DNA of 64,000 nucleotides, taken from Tubiluchus corallicola. Its lineage: Eukaryota; Animalia; Priapulida. The stretch is from contig JAQGDQ010000030.1 in assembly GCA_030141605.1 (NCBI GenBank), forward strand, positions 665,171-729,170. Direction: 5' to 3'. Positions 34,301 through 47,188 of the stretch are shown here, piece by piece (positions within the stretch are counted from its first letter, which is position 1; every line of letters starts with the position of its first letter). The notes beneath the pieces were generated by a model, which worked only from the letters and a program-made list of their open reading frames with translations, searched no databases and was not told the origin of the DNA. The position numbers and the translations under genes were made by a program.

Positions 34301-35286
34301 TCTTATTCTTGTACAGCATATATACATCAAGATCATACAACACAATTTTTTATACACATAACTATAGCGTTTTTTAAGAACAGCTTATTGTTCTTTTCGT
34401 CGTTTTATGTTTGCTCACCTGAGTTAGTTCTAAATATACAAATACAATCAAGAATCTAGTTGTAGCTATTATCTGCAAGTTTATAAAGATTGCTAATAGT
34501 TTTAGTTACAAGCCAGTCTCTGTCGTCATCGAGCGAAAAGGCGACAAAGATTTTAAATTTATTATAACATTAATTTTAACTATATTAATTTAAATTTATT
34601 ACATTTGAATTTTTTATATTTTAAACTATTGTTTTATATGGTAGAAATTCTAAAATAAAAATTTAAATTCATTTTTGTTAAGTACGAGATTTAAAAAAGG
34701 AGCGCCACAGTTTTAGCCTATTGCGTTAGCCTGCTCACACTATAACGATCACAGTACAAAACTCACACATTAAAGGTAAATGGATTACAGCAGTATTAAT
34801 AACTACAGGAAACAAAACAAAATATGTACAATTAACCAAGTGTGGATATTTCACAAACTCTTTATTAAAAAAGAACACATGCCAAAAAGACCAAGAGAAC
34901 GCAGGACTGGCAACGCCCTGAACAATAAGTAACTGTTTCGTATTTCCGTTGTAAAAAAACCTTCGTTTTGTACAGTTCAACATGTGATAACGTTTAATTA
35001 TCGCGGATCTTCTCTGAACAGATATTGCAAACATATTTTAAACAACGAAACTAAATTAACAAGTTGAAAGGCAGTTCTGATATTACAAAGTATTGCAATA
35101 TAAAAACTATTTAGCATGGTGACAAAAATTTTGATTAGAAAGCAGCTTAACCCAAGCAAATTTTGCTTAATGATTTCTTAGAAGTGTTGCCACTGTCACA
35201 AATGAACCAAATGATGAACAACGTGTAATATAATGATGTTATTACTGTTGCATGTGTAATAGTTATACGTATATGACTAAGAAGAC

Positions 35287-35546
35287 TTATCGATGCTGCA
35301 CTGAGGCGTACTGAGCAATGCTAGGATGGTTGAGATATCCTGGAGGTAAGTCACATGTTTCTCCAATTGGTCTCGAAGACACAGACAGATAAGCTGGATT
35401 AAGAGGCTCGATTCCCCCTACAATTTTTTCCTCTTCCTCTTCAATGTTCTCTAATGTTATGCCTCCAGGGTAGGGGGTGGTAGCGTTGTAATGTCGACTA
35501 AAACTTGGCGGCGGGGGTGGGCGTAGGGTTGGATACTTCGTCGTTT
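35287..35546 (-). CDS. VOPP1/WBP1-like terminal exon 5
   Basis: TTKYPTLRPPPPPSF...LNPAYL...DLPPGYLNHPSIAQYASVQHR then stop. Confidence 0.88.
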
Positions 35547-37075
35547 CTGAAATTAAGAGAAGCAATCACTTTTAAAGGAAAGGTCCAGCGTTCTAGGAGG
35601 TTAGGCTTATTTCAATGTTCGCGTTAGCAGAATTTAGTAATAAAACTGCAATCAGTTAAACCGCTTGAGATTGGGTTTTTAAATTGGGGCTGTTCCGTAC
35701 GATAAACAATACCAAAACAATACAAAAATTTTCTTATTAAGTTTTTCAATAATGCTGAAATTTTCTTATTATGTTTGAGCAAAGGTATGTACATAAAACG
35801 ATTGTATTAGATATTAGGAGCATGAGCCATTGCTTGCATACCTTTAGTTTCTTCCATAGTATCTAGTTGTATGACGTCATCACGATGACGTGTTTTCCAC
35901 CAACGGAAAACAAGTCCACAGATTATAGCAATCAGCACAGCAATGATAACCCTAAAAAAATTTAAGCTGCATGAAGAAAGGTACAAATAAAGTGAAGATT
36001 CTATCTACATCACTATAGAATTACCAAGATTTTGTTTAGGAACGTAATTTTTGAAACATTAAACATTAATAAACATTTCTTTTATAAACATTTTTGTACG
36101 CAAACTGCTTAGCTTTAAAAAGATCAAACTATGAGGATTTTAGTACTTTTTGCATTTTTATTTGTCTTTGTTATCGTTTCGTTCATATATTTGTCGACAT
36201 TTTAATGATGTAATGATCGTTGCACATACCAGAAATACCACATATTTCCAACATTAGGACTATCTGCACGACAACATCCATTTTTCTTGTCCCCAATTTC
36301 TGCGCAGCACCTTTCACGCTGTTTGCATCTATGAATATAATTCCAGCAATATATTAAGTTGGCTAACAGTTATGGCAATAGCAAAACTACTTGCACCAGG
36401 GCCTGAAACAGCGCAACATCAGTAACGCAACACCTCTTTAAGTACTCTCAATAGGGCATCCTCACATACAAATCAACCACAGGAAGTCTTTGGAAGCCTC
36501 TGGTCCCCCTGGTCTCATCACAGCCACGGGCTTCAACCATTAACTTACATTAGCTGTTGGAAGCAGCATTCCGAAAAATGCAATTATTTACTGTACGATG
36601 TATCGCAAACGTGACAGATTATCTTAATTTAAGTATTTTTGTTGGAACAAAAATCCATTTTGAATGAGTTGAGAAGACGTTACAGTATTTATTATCACCG
36701 TTTCTGCTGTTTAGCATTAAAATGTAAGGAAAAATGTTTGCAAGTTTTCATAGCTCCCTAATTAAAAAAGATCCAAGCTAAAAGGCAGTTTAGAGGTCTT
36801 GTTATTCCCTAATCTCGTGTAATATGCCAAATCTAGAAAAGTAATGAATTTGTAATTTTTAACAGTGAAATGTGATACAAATAAATAAACATTTCAAGGT
36901 AGTGCACAGACAGTTATTCTCACTACTTCAACTTAGAAAAATGTGTTGCCTAGATAAAGCGATCATTAAAAAGTCTGCAGCACCTGGTATCTCTAGGCAG
37001 TCCCCATTGCTTAATTTAAGTGACGAAACGAGAATCATAAAAATTTTTTATAGAAAAACAATTTATATAATAATA

Positions 37076-37155
<80 letters not shown>

Positions 37156-37157
37156 AA

Positions 37158-37215
<58 letters not shown>

Positions 37216-38643
37216 TTAGTTGTTAAAATATTTTAGGTGTATAACTGCAACGAAAAGAGGACACTGGCTGTGAGAATAATGTCTTTTACTGCTTTATCAA
37301 ATTTGCTTTTGTATACTTAAAATAAATTTAACTTTTGATTTTCGTTCGATTTAAAAGTCATCTTACACAATGATTTTATGCTGATTTGTACCATCGTCGG
37401 TATCCACAACACATTTCTCTGCATCCGCTTTTTCCTGAAAATTTAATAAAGATTATCAACTAAACACTCACGGTATGTGTTGAACAATTCTGCGAAAGAA
37501 ATAAAAAGTCGAATCACTTTTGCTAGATTTCACAAGTTTGGTGCGCTATATTTCTCTCAAAACTTATCCATTTTTTATATAGAGTTCATAAAAAGTTTGG
37601 AACATTATGTTAAATGTTTAAGTAGTTCTGAGTTGGTGCAAATTTACAAGCAATGTTACTTAATCGTGACGCGTGTCTGACGTCAAGTGTGTAAACAGCT
37701 AACGTCACACTGCCACAGTTAATCTGCATTAACTAGCTGAAAATGTCATGATATAAAGTTTTTAATGGATACTTTACCGTGATTTGAAAGTACAAAAAAA
37801 TGTATCATGTGTCTTTTCGGCGATGATGATTGAGTTTTCATTGCATTCAAGATTTTATATTATTTCTAGAGTTTATCCATTTAACATACTTTTTGTAAAG
37901 AAGTAAAAAGCAGAAAAAACCAAGCCTCTCAGCTGTATTGCAAACGAACAAGTGAAGATTGTGAATGAAAGCAAAACAACATGAAGAACGAGTTGGTATC
38001 AGCTAAACATTATTTGCAGAAAGAGATAAATCTGTGTGCTTAGGCCTTTTCACCTTATTATTTTTGAATACAGTACAGCAGTACAAGAACACGTTTTTGA
38101 GTATGGTTTTAAACATTTTTAGTTACATATTATACCACTTATATGTGGTTGCTTTGTTCAGATGTATAATGGTTTTTAAGTCATTTTTCTTTGTCTTTTG
38201 TAATTTCTTTCCTTAATGGTCCAATAAATAAATAAATAAATAATAAAAATATTATATACATATTACATTTTTATATACATATATTTATATTTGTATATGA
38301 TTAATATCTAAAGAAGTTAAACCGCTTCTTAAAGCAATTAATCGAATTTATAAAGTAAAATTCTGGAGACAACCTTAAAACTTTATTACTGATGAGTGCA
38401 ATAACCAGGATCTTTGCTGATAGCGCTCTTTTCATTACTGACTTTGCTATTTTTCGACTGTCCAGAAGAAATGTTTAAACAATTTGAGAGACACGGCACA
38501 AGTATTTATAAATTACGCGTAGATACGTTTTTTTACATCTTACGCAAGACAACCACATAGTCAAATATTTCACAAAAGCTTACCTGAAAACTGCTCAGAA
38601 TAACACACAGTGCTACATAAAATGACGAAGTCCAATTGGTCAT
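35287..38643 (-). CDS. VOPP1/WBP1-family single-pass membrane protein (198 aa)
   Basis: Phase-compatible exons 38584-38643, 37367-37434, 36230-36328, 35842-35951, 35287-35546 (597 nt). Signal peptide MTNWTSSFYVALCVILSSFQEKADA, Cys-rich ectodomain C..C...CC...GCC, WYFW, TM VIIAVLIAIICGLVF, and a Pro-rich tail with NPAY and PPGY. Confidence 0.87.
35842..35951 (-). CDS. VOPP1/WBP1-like exon 4 (transmembrane helix)
   Basis: VIIAVLIAIICGLVFRWWKTRHRDDVIQLDTMEETK. Confidence 0.88.
36230..36328 (-). CDS. VOPP1/WBP1-like exon 3
   Basis: CKQRERCCAEIGDKKNGCCRADSPNVGNMWYF(W). Confidence 0.88.
37069..37216. repeat. (GAT)n(AAT)n compound microsatellite
   Basis: Read directly. Confidence 0.95.
37367..37434 (-). 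CDS. VOPP1/WBP1-like exon 2
   Basis: EKADAEKCVVDTDDGTNQHKII(V); TTTCAG acceptor, GTAAGA donor. Confidence 0.78.
38584..38643 (-). CDS. VOPP1/WBP1-like coding exon 1 (signal peptide)
   Basis: MTNWTSSFYVALCVILSSFQ; donor CAG|GTAAGC. Confidence 0.75.
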
Positions 38644-39639
38644 GCTAGCATTCCTTCCTTCTTGTTCATTTCAGATTTTTTCTTTCTTTTTGCTTATTTT
38701 GGCAAACAGAAACTCAGCTTACTTCCGATAAAATAATTTTGTTTGAATCCGACATTAATAAGTAGGATACTTTCCAATTCATACTATTTGCCACCTTTCT
38801 AAAAATAAGGCAAATGGGTGCTAATCATATGTTGAAATCATTGATCACTTTAACCTTGCGTTGTAGTTAAGGTACCATTGATTTCTGTGTGGTTGTCATC
38901 GTGGTGAATGACAGCATAAGCTGCATATCACAGCAACCAGCCAGTAACAAAGAAATTTATTATGTCAGACTGGGTGAGTTATGATTAATGCACTAGATTC
39001 GTATTCGAACAACAATAAATCACAAAGGTAGAGCTAAGGTTTCATAAAAAGTGGCGGTGATAACAATAAAGTGTTGCTCCTTATTAAAAAGGCCTTATTA
39101 GGCCTACTTATAATTCTTTTTGTCGAGCAGTTTTAAAGAAAAGTTGGGAACAGTTTAAAGGAGTCACTGTAGATATATCGCTGAGGCGAAATGTGAATGA
39201 TATACTTAGAGACAATTTCATTACTAATCAACATCCTCGCGATAACTTATTGTTTATTGTCTGGTCCAAGAACTAATTTATGACCTTTGCTATTCTGCTC
39301 CCAAACGTAGGGACCGACTACAGAAAAGTGTGAGAAACTCCAAAGCCGTAAACTCATTTAAGTAAGGATAAACTTAAAAAAAATATTTTTCAAAATAACA
39401 TCCAACCTATGAGTTGCTAAGTGCTAAGTGCTAAGTTGTTAAGTTTTATTGAATTTTATCTGTGGTCTTGTGCTCTTTTAGGAACTGTGATTTTACTGTG
39501 TTTAGGCTATTTTTATCTAACAGTGATAAATTTTGATTACGGTGATTATTTGTAAAGCATCAGTGAATATTTTTTAACAGATTTTCTGCAATAATTTCTG
39601 ATCACGAACTGAAAATATATTAGAAAGAAAATTGGGAAG

Positions 39640-39780
39640 GTTCAACAAGACCTATGGGTAGAGAGCCTTCTCTGTGTGCCCTACATTTGTTGAACAGATT
39701 ACCGTGTCATCTACGTGACATCAAATCAAAGGACTTTTTTAAACGAAGATTAAAGACATACCTGCTTAGAATTTCATACA
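39640..39780 (+). mobile_element. L2-clade LINE 3' remnant
   Basis: KTYG*RAFSV...LLNRLPCHLRDIKSKDFFKRRLKTYL matches the GxRAFS..AP.LWN.LP..LR.....FK..LKT.L end of L2 ORF2. Confidence 0.75.
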
Positions 39781-40110
39781 CATTGTAGTAACTATTTATA
39801 CTACATTTGTCTCATCCTCGTTTTTACATTACTAATTATTATTTTATTAGAGACTTATATTCAGAAGCAAATTTAGCTAATTTTATTTAATTCTCATTTC
39901 ATTTAACTGCTATAACATATTAAATTTTTTTAAAAGAATTTTCCAGTGTGCAGTTAATCCATTACTGTTTTTGAAATATTTGCTTTTCTGTTTTAAACCT
40001 GCATCGATAGCATTTTTATTTGTATTTTAATTTTCTAAATTTATACCTAATTGTATATTATTTTAACGAATGATGTGACGCAGTGTATTGCTTGTAAAAA
40101 TGAATTGTGC

Positions 40111-40124
40111 TATTATTATCATTG

Positions 40125-40177
<53 letters not shown>

Positions 40178-40226
40178 GTTATTATTATTATTATTATTAT
40201 TATTAATATTATTATTATTATTATAA
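40111..40226. repeat. (TAT)n microsatellite
   Basis: Read directly. Confidence 0.95.
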
Positions 40227-40957
40227 TATATGTATACGGTGGAAAGGGTGAAATTAATAATGATGCGTCATAGCCACAGCCTTCGTAACAGCTTGGAAAA
40301 TGCGTCGATCGTTGCCTGCTTATTAATCTCTTGCGTATCAATTTCTCTTCAAAAAATTTACAATTAAGAAGTGCTGGCAGATGCTAACCTATAACACTAT
40401 AAAAATATGCCAACTGCTGTCAAAGCTGCTAGTATCTTGAAAAAAACATTTACTCAAATGTCTGCTTAGCAATCATCAAACTATAAAGGCATATTGAGTA
40501 AGAAGTTGCAGTAACGTGTTAGTAATTTGCGAAATTGTGAATTAGCATATGTCACACGGAACAAACGGAATAAGATAACATTATATAAAATATATTTATT
40601 TAATATGTTAATCAACATATTAAATAACTTAACGTTAGCTTTTCATTCTGATGTGAAGTTATTTAATACGATTAATTATTTACTGTTATTTTTCGTTATT
40701 TAGAAAAACTGTACTCATAAACAGAAGTTATCTCGCTTTACCTGTTTTGTTCAACTGAAGCAGCAACATCTTCACGATGATCACCGCACGAAGGTTAAAT
40801 GGCTTCTATGAACAGTAAAATCTGAGACAAAAAGACAATATCAAACTGTTGAAAAACTTGCAATACATACAATTTGTTCGCACAATCGTTTTTAACATTG
40901 TTAATTTTAGTAATTACTCCTCTCTTTAAAAACTCTGATTACAACGCGGTGTTATGT

Positions 40958-41141
<184 letters not shown>

Positions 41142-43399
41142 TATACCTCTATATATATGCATGTATATACATACATACAATCATATACATACATGCATAT
41201 AAAATTATACATATATTAGACACTAAGCAGATATTAGTAAACTACGTTCTACTAGTTGTCATTTTGACTTTCCAAATTGTTATTTTCTTTGTCAAGTAAA
41301 GTTTTCATATGTATCTTAGTACTCATCATGTATTAAACTGACCTCTTTGATGTAAACTGTTTTAACTGTCACATAGTAAAGCGACCAATTTCTTTAATGT
41401 GAACCAGACCCTGTTATAATCCTCTGAATATCCCTTAATTGCTGACAGGATCTGCAGAAATAGTAATTGTTGAACTGTTCCTTTAACTGTAATTTGAATC
41501 CAAATTTTACAAAAAACAAATTGAAGAAATATTTTAAAAATCGACTGACTGATGGATTGACTGGCTGACATGTGTGTGCATTCAAATATAACATGACGCT
41601 CTGCCCGTACCAGCCCACATGAACACAAGCGTTGTTCCCGCGGTACTTTGACGGTGTATGAACCCAGTGGCCAGTCTCTATCGCAGGCCAAAAATATACG
41701 CGGACTAGCTGACTAGTTATTATTATTATTATTTTTATCGCATTCAGTACAATATAGTGACATTCAATACATGGCGACATCAAAATTGTTACTTCATCCT
41801 GTAATAAATTATTATGTTTCATACACTATCATTATCACAATAGAATAATTGTACTGCGGTGGGCTAGAGAAAAAGCCCACTGTCATGTGAATGACTTGCC
41901 AACTCACTAATTCATTAACTAACTAACTAGTTAACTATTTAACTAACTGACTGCCTACCTACTTGCCTAACTGACTGAAAAACTAATGACTTTCTGACTG
42001 ACTGACTGACTGACACTGGTTGTCTGACTGATTGACTGATCAAATAGACAAGCACGGAGCAAGCAACTAAATGATTGAATAATTGATTAATCGATTATTT
42101 TTCTTCTGACATTCTGTGGCCTGTGTGTGTCTAATATAACGAGAATGGCAAGTACAAACGCGGTTCAGGCTTGAAAGATGGCTATAATCATCTACTTCAG
42201 TCCTCGGTAGAAAAAACATTGTAAAAAGAGCCATAAATTTCACCAGAAAATAGTTAGCACTTTCTGGATATATTAACTTTCACTCAAGCAATTTATTATA
42301 CTTGAATATTTTAAGCCATAAAGGGAATTCACGCTGAAATCTCTCGGCTCGGTGAAGGACAGTGATCCTGAAAAATTCTGCGTGACGACAGAACGTAGTG
42401 ACATGAAATATGGACGGCAAGGAGGACGACGTTATGGACGCGTGGGAGGTGCTAAATTCCTTCTTTTCCTTCCGCCTTCTGGCATTATTGTCTAAGATGA
42501 AACAATAAGATGAACCTACGTTCTCCATCTCGCCTCTTCTCCGAGACACCTTCATTTTATCCAAACAGTAATGGATAATATTGGCAATGCTGTCCTCTTT
42601 GCACTGTATTAGCCAGCCCTGAGCAACGTCCATGCACAAGAAAATGCCCGCTATTCAAGTGGGACTTGTGATTTCTTGTGTTATTTTATTTTTTGTCTTT
42701 TGTCCCGTTCAGCATAGACAAAAATTCAATTATTGTCCCGCCGTTGGTTCAAATGCCTAGCCATCATCACTGGTCGATTCATTTCTAAGTAAGCTCTCCG
42801 CGGATGCCAGCTGTTAACACTTTCGTTTTGGAATCTTGCTGTTCGGGACGCCGGGCGTCTAGTTCCATCTCTAAGTTTATCTCTGTATGGCTTCAAGTCA
42901 ATTTGAAAGTCAGTAGATTGAAGATTTTACTCATTGGACATCGCTAGTGAGCTCTTTTAAACACTTAACTTGGATGCGCAGTACCTTACATTACTAACGT
43001 TGACGATGATTCATCGGGTTATATTTTGTCTATTGTTCGTGGCGTTCTAGCATAGAGGGAAAGAGTTGATCTGTTATGTAGCTTTAAAATCAACTAAAGA
43101 TAAAATCTAGTCACTAAAATGACAGCCTTTATTTGAAGACTGAAGTGGCTATTATGCAACACATTTGACAATTCAAAAACGAAAATGACAATAAAGCTAT
43201 AAAAAGCTCTGAGAGAGGCCACGTGTTTACTGGTTATGCTGAGAGTGTCGCGTTCGCTGTGAGGAGCACTGAAACATTTAGAGAAGCCATTTGTGCAGAA
43301 GGCAGAGGTAGCAGAGAAAGACTTACGCTCACGTATATGATGTTACCCTCGATTTTGCGCTGTACAATGTCACGCTGCAGTTTTATGTAAAACAAAAGT

Positions 43400-43554
43400 T
43401 GATAACGATTATCTGATTGATGAGATTTTCTTTTGGTGCACCACTTGTAACTCAAACAAGCACCTACCCACCCCCTTATGATAAAGAAAATTGAGTTAGT
43501 CCTGATGCTAGAAAGGTATAAAAGCTTGTGAGAGTAATGAGTGAAAGTCACTTT
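43400..43554 (+). promoter_or_regulatory. putative promoter of the hemerythrin (pseudo)gene: GATA sites, CACCC, TATA box, Inr
   Basis: TGATAA at 43400, TTATCT at 43409, CACCC at 43469, TGATAA at 43479, TATAAAAG at 43517-43524, Inr-like TCACTTT at 43548; ATG at 43615. Confidence 0.6.
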
Positions 43555-43614
43555 TGCTTTCGCTACTACTGAGCAGCATCCTGTTTCCTAGGCAACAGAG
43601 ACATCCAGGGCAAG

Positions 43615-45650
43615 ATGAGCCAGTTTGCCATTCCCGAGCCTTTCTACTGGGATGAAACTCAAAGTATTCGCAAGTTTTCAAGTATTACTTGATTAAACAT
43701 AGTCGACTATAATGATTAACGTGATAGCTTGTAGGAATAAATCATATAAGTTTTCTTTTCAAAATATAATTCTAAATTATAACTGTTTTAACCAATTTTA
43801 CTGCAAACTGTGAATGTTTCTTAAATGCCATACATTTTTTTTAAAATTGTAACTGCCTATTTATCTCCATTGTGATTGGCTGTATAAAGTTTTTATCTCT
43901 TTCAATTCCATTGCGTAAAGTACTGAGATCTTCAGATGGAGTGCGTCTTAAAAAACAAACTACATGTATTATATATTATTATTTTTAAACTAAATGCTGA
44001 CTGTTCTGTTAGAGGAGAGACGCTACAAGTGTAGTGCTGATTTTTGTCGATTAATTTTAGCCGTCTAAGAAAGGTGTGCTTTTATCAAACTTGTTGCCAA
44101 ATCTCACAGCTTAAGCGTTCATCTAACTATGCTTTCCAGTGTTTCCAGTGTTACTTTAAAATGAAGCAAATCGCTTTCTTTTCATAAACATTGGCGACAA
44201 ATTTTTTTAGAAACTTTTATCTTTTCCCTTTGACGTGTCATTATTTAGATGAACGTAAAACCAGGGCTGTATTGGAAGTATATTGTTCTCTTTAAAACCA
44301 CGCCATAACTTATTTTCCTCACAAGACAAAATCGATTTCTGTTGCTGCATTTTATTACTTTATCTTAGCCATTTTTACTTTACTTTTAACTATGGAAACT
44401 TCAATGGAAAGCTCAGTCCATATACGCATGTATAAAATAAATAAAAAAGTTTCCATCTACTCAACGTATTGGCATATCATGGACATACCAATATCCATAG
44501 ACGCCTATTATGTAAAATGTATGTCATCTGAATATGTTCCACAAAGCTTAAATCTGATATCCACACATGGATAAAGCCATATTTACGGCAAACCTGATTT
44601 TCTAATTATGTCGAATGTGAATAAAGCCAAGAATTGCGAATTTGGATACTTCAATAGTTATTGATTTGGCCGCTAAATGTTGCGTTACAAAGATGAAAAG
44701 AAGTTGTAGTAACACAAATAAAGTTATAGTTGTAACGTTATTTTACTGACACTGTGCTGGACAAGAAATTTTCATAAAATTATAGTTTCCTTTTTTAAAA
44801 GAGTGTTGTCTGAAAAATTCACGTACAAAGTGTTTTTGTAGTATGACAACTTGGATAAGGAAAACCAGGTTTATTCCAAGGAATTTACTTAACTACAAAT
44901 CGAAACATTGATGAAAAATTAAATTCGTTACGCGAACTGGCGAAAATTCACTTCGCTGATGAAGAGGTATTTACGAGTCACATGTTATCATTTGGTTGAA
45001 AACCTCACGAATCACAGTGAATTTACATAAAAAAATCCCACAATTGAAAAACAAGGAAAAGAGAAAGAGAAGACACCAGGTTTCAAACTGCCTACGTTTC
45101 AGTAGTAACCGTACTTTTTCTTCAGGTGAAAGACAAAGGACAAAAAATGGCACAGATTGCTAATACAAATTTTGAGGAGAATTTTTTATTTGTATTATTA
45201 ACGCATATAGATAGTTCACTGAAATGGACACTAGCACGTAGAAAACACGTAGAAGCACAGCAAATTAAAAGTGCGAGGGAAAACGAGATGTATGATCGTT
45301 GACCACAGTCACGGAACAAAGTGGGCCACAACCGAAACTAATATTGTTTTCTTTACAGACCACAACCGATCATTATTTCTGATGTGTCTCACTCCGTTTT
45401 ATGACTATAACAAATGATTTTTTACTTCTGTGTCTCTCCTTTGTGTTTTTTGCTGTGCTTTTCTGTTTTTTATGAGCTTGTACCACTTTTAGTGTCATAT
45501 ACTTATACGTTAATAATAATGAATAAAATAATCCCACCAAAATTGCATAAGTAGTTATATATATATTTTTTTCTTTTTCCTTTCATCTGAATCGTCGAAT
45601 CTTTTCTTTTTATTCTTGGTTTTTAATTGTGGAATTTTTAAATTCTCTCA

Positions 45651-45700
<50 letters not shown>

Positions 45701-45743
45701 TCCCCCTCTCTTTCCTTCTTTCTCTCGTGCTCTCTCTTCTGGT

Positions 45744-45795
<52 letters not shown>

Positions 45796-45806
45796 GCACG
45801 CACGCG

Positions 45807-45852
<46 letters not shown>

Positions 45853-46140
45853 TAAATATGAACAGAACAACATCGTATTTGCTAATCTGGGAAATCATAA
45901 GAAAACACACGACGAATTCCTGGCAAAACTCAATACGATAAAAACGCCTGTAGATGACAGCACTGCTGACTACTTGAAAAACTGGTACGATACCTCAGCT
46001 GATCTTTCATGGCGTTTCAATGTTGTTGTGTTTACTGCACGCAAAAATCTTGTTCTACATATGTGATATAAAAATTATTGTTTTGCAGGTTGGTAAATCA
46101 TATTAAAGGAATAGACTTCAAATACAAAGGACAACTTTAA
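43615..46140 (+). pseudogene. myohemerythrin-type hemerythrin pseudogene (4 exons)
   Basis: Exons 43615-43669 (MSQFAIPEPFYWDET..KVF), 44842-44966 (YDNLDKEN.GLFQGIY...LAKIHFADEE), about 45866-45984 ([36 protein letters not shown]) and 46089-46140 (LVNHIKGIDFKYKGQL*). Lesions: 2-nt deletion in exon 1, 1-nt deletion in exon 2, first Fe-ligand His changed to Asn, GC donor at intron 1. Confidence 0.9.
45654..45848. repeat. (CT)n / (CA)n(CG)n(CA)n microsatellite in hemerythrin intron 2
   Basis: Read directly; ends 17 nt before the exon 3 start. Confidence 0.95.
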
Positions 46141-47055
46141 ATATTTGGCAAACTTCTATGATGACTTGTGTTCTTGAGGGATTGTTGACACTGCATAAAG
46201 AGCAACTTATGCTCTTTATATCCTATATCACATTTAGATCTTACATGGATTAACCTATAGGCTAGTATAGGTTGCAGCTTAGCGCCTCTCAAGCTTGGGG
46301 ACCCATATTTTGCGTATTATGGCATTAGTCAGGCATTAGCCACGGTTTATTCACAATTTAAAATTCCAAGTGATCAAGTTGAGAAAAGTTGTAAAATTTC
46401 TTTGAGAAACAAAAAGATGTACACGTGTCAAAATATGTAGAACATCAAGACCATTACCAAAAAACGGACAAAAATATTATATTCTGTTTGTTGGACCTTT
46501 AAATAGCGTAAACGCAGATTCACTTGACAGAATTAGAAAACACTAAAAAACATAACGTAGTGCTATACACTATATCACAAAAAACTCATTGGCGCACACG
46601 AAGAACAAATTTAGACAAAAATTTGCACAAGTTGATGCAAACTGAAGGTCAGGTTGTACTGTGAAATTTGTCTGCAAACAGTTGCTAGAAAGAAAAGGAA
46701 TTTAGACAAATGGGAAATTTAATGATATGACGCAAAAACGAATCAAAATCAGATAAAGTTGAATAAAGGTTGACCAACAATACAATGCACTGACTAATGA
46801 ACTAATGTTATTCTTACAATTCTACCAGTGTGAACAGTTGGATTTTGATCACTAAAGTTAGCAGTTTATCAGAAGATATTTAAAGTAATACTATACTTGA
46901 TACATTTTCGCCTTCTTGAAATCATAAGCAAGTTTCTTTACGTCATTGACAAAATAATACCAGTTTCACGTTTTGATTAATCACTGCTTCACGCTAAGTG
47001 GCGCTAACCCACGACTTAACACGAAAGACAAGAAGTTCAGAAAAGAAACAATGGC

Positions 47056-47152
47056 AACAACAGCAGCAACAGCACCGATGACGACAAAGACGACGACGAC
47101 GACGACGACGACAACAACAACAACAACAACAACAGCAGCAGCAGCAGCAGCT

Positions 47153-47188
<36 letters not shown>
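47056..47188. repeat. compound trinucleotide microsatellite (GAC)n(AAC)n(AGC)n
   Basis: Read directly. Confidence 0.93.

Noticed and set aside
42280-42960. Slightly GC-richer block with a 119-aa minus-strand ORF
   Set aside because: No recognisable domain and no consistent splice sites; the other frames I checked are short. It may be UTR or repeat-derived.
43659-44870. The -2 and -1 hemerythrin frameshifts might compensate each other
   Set aside because: The spliced sequence reads ATT CTA TGA, a stop between the two lesions.
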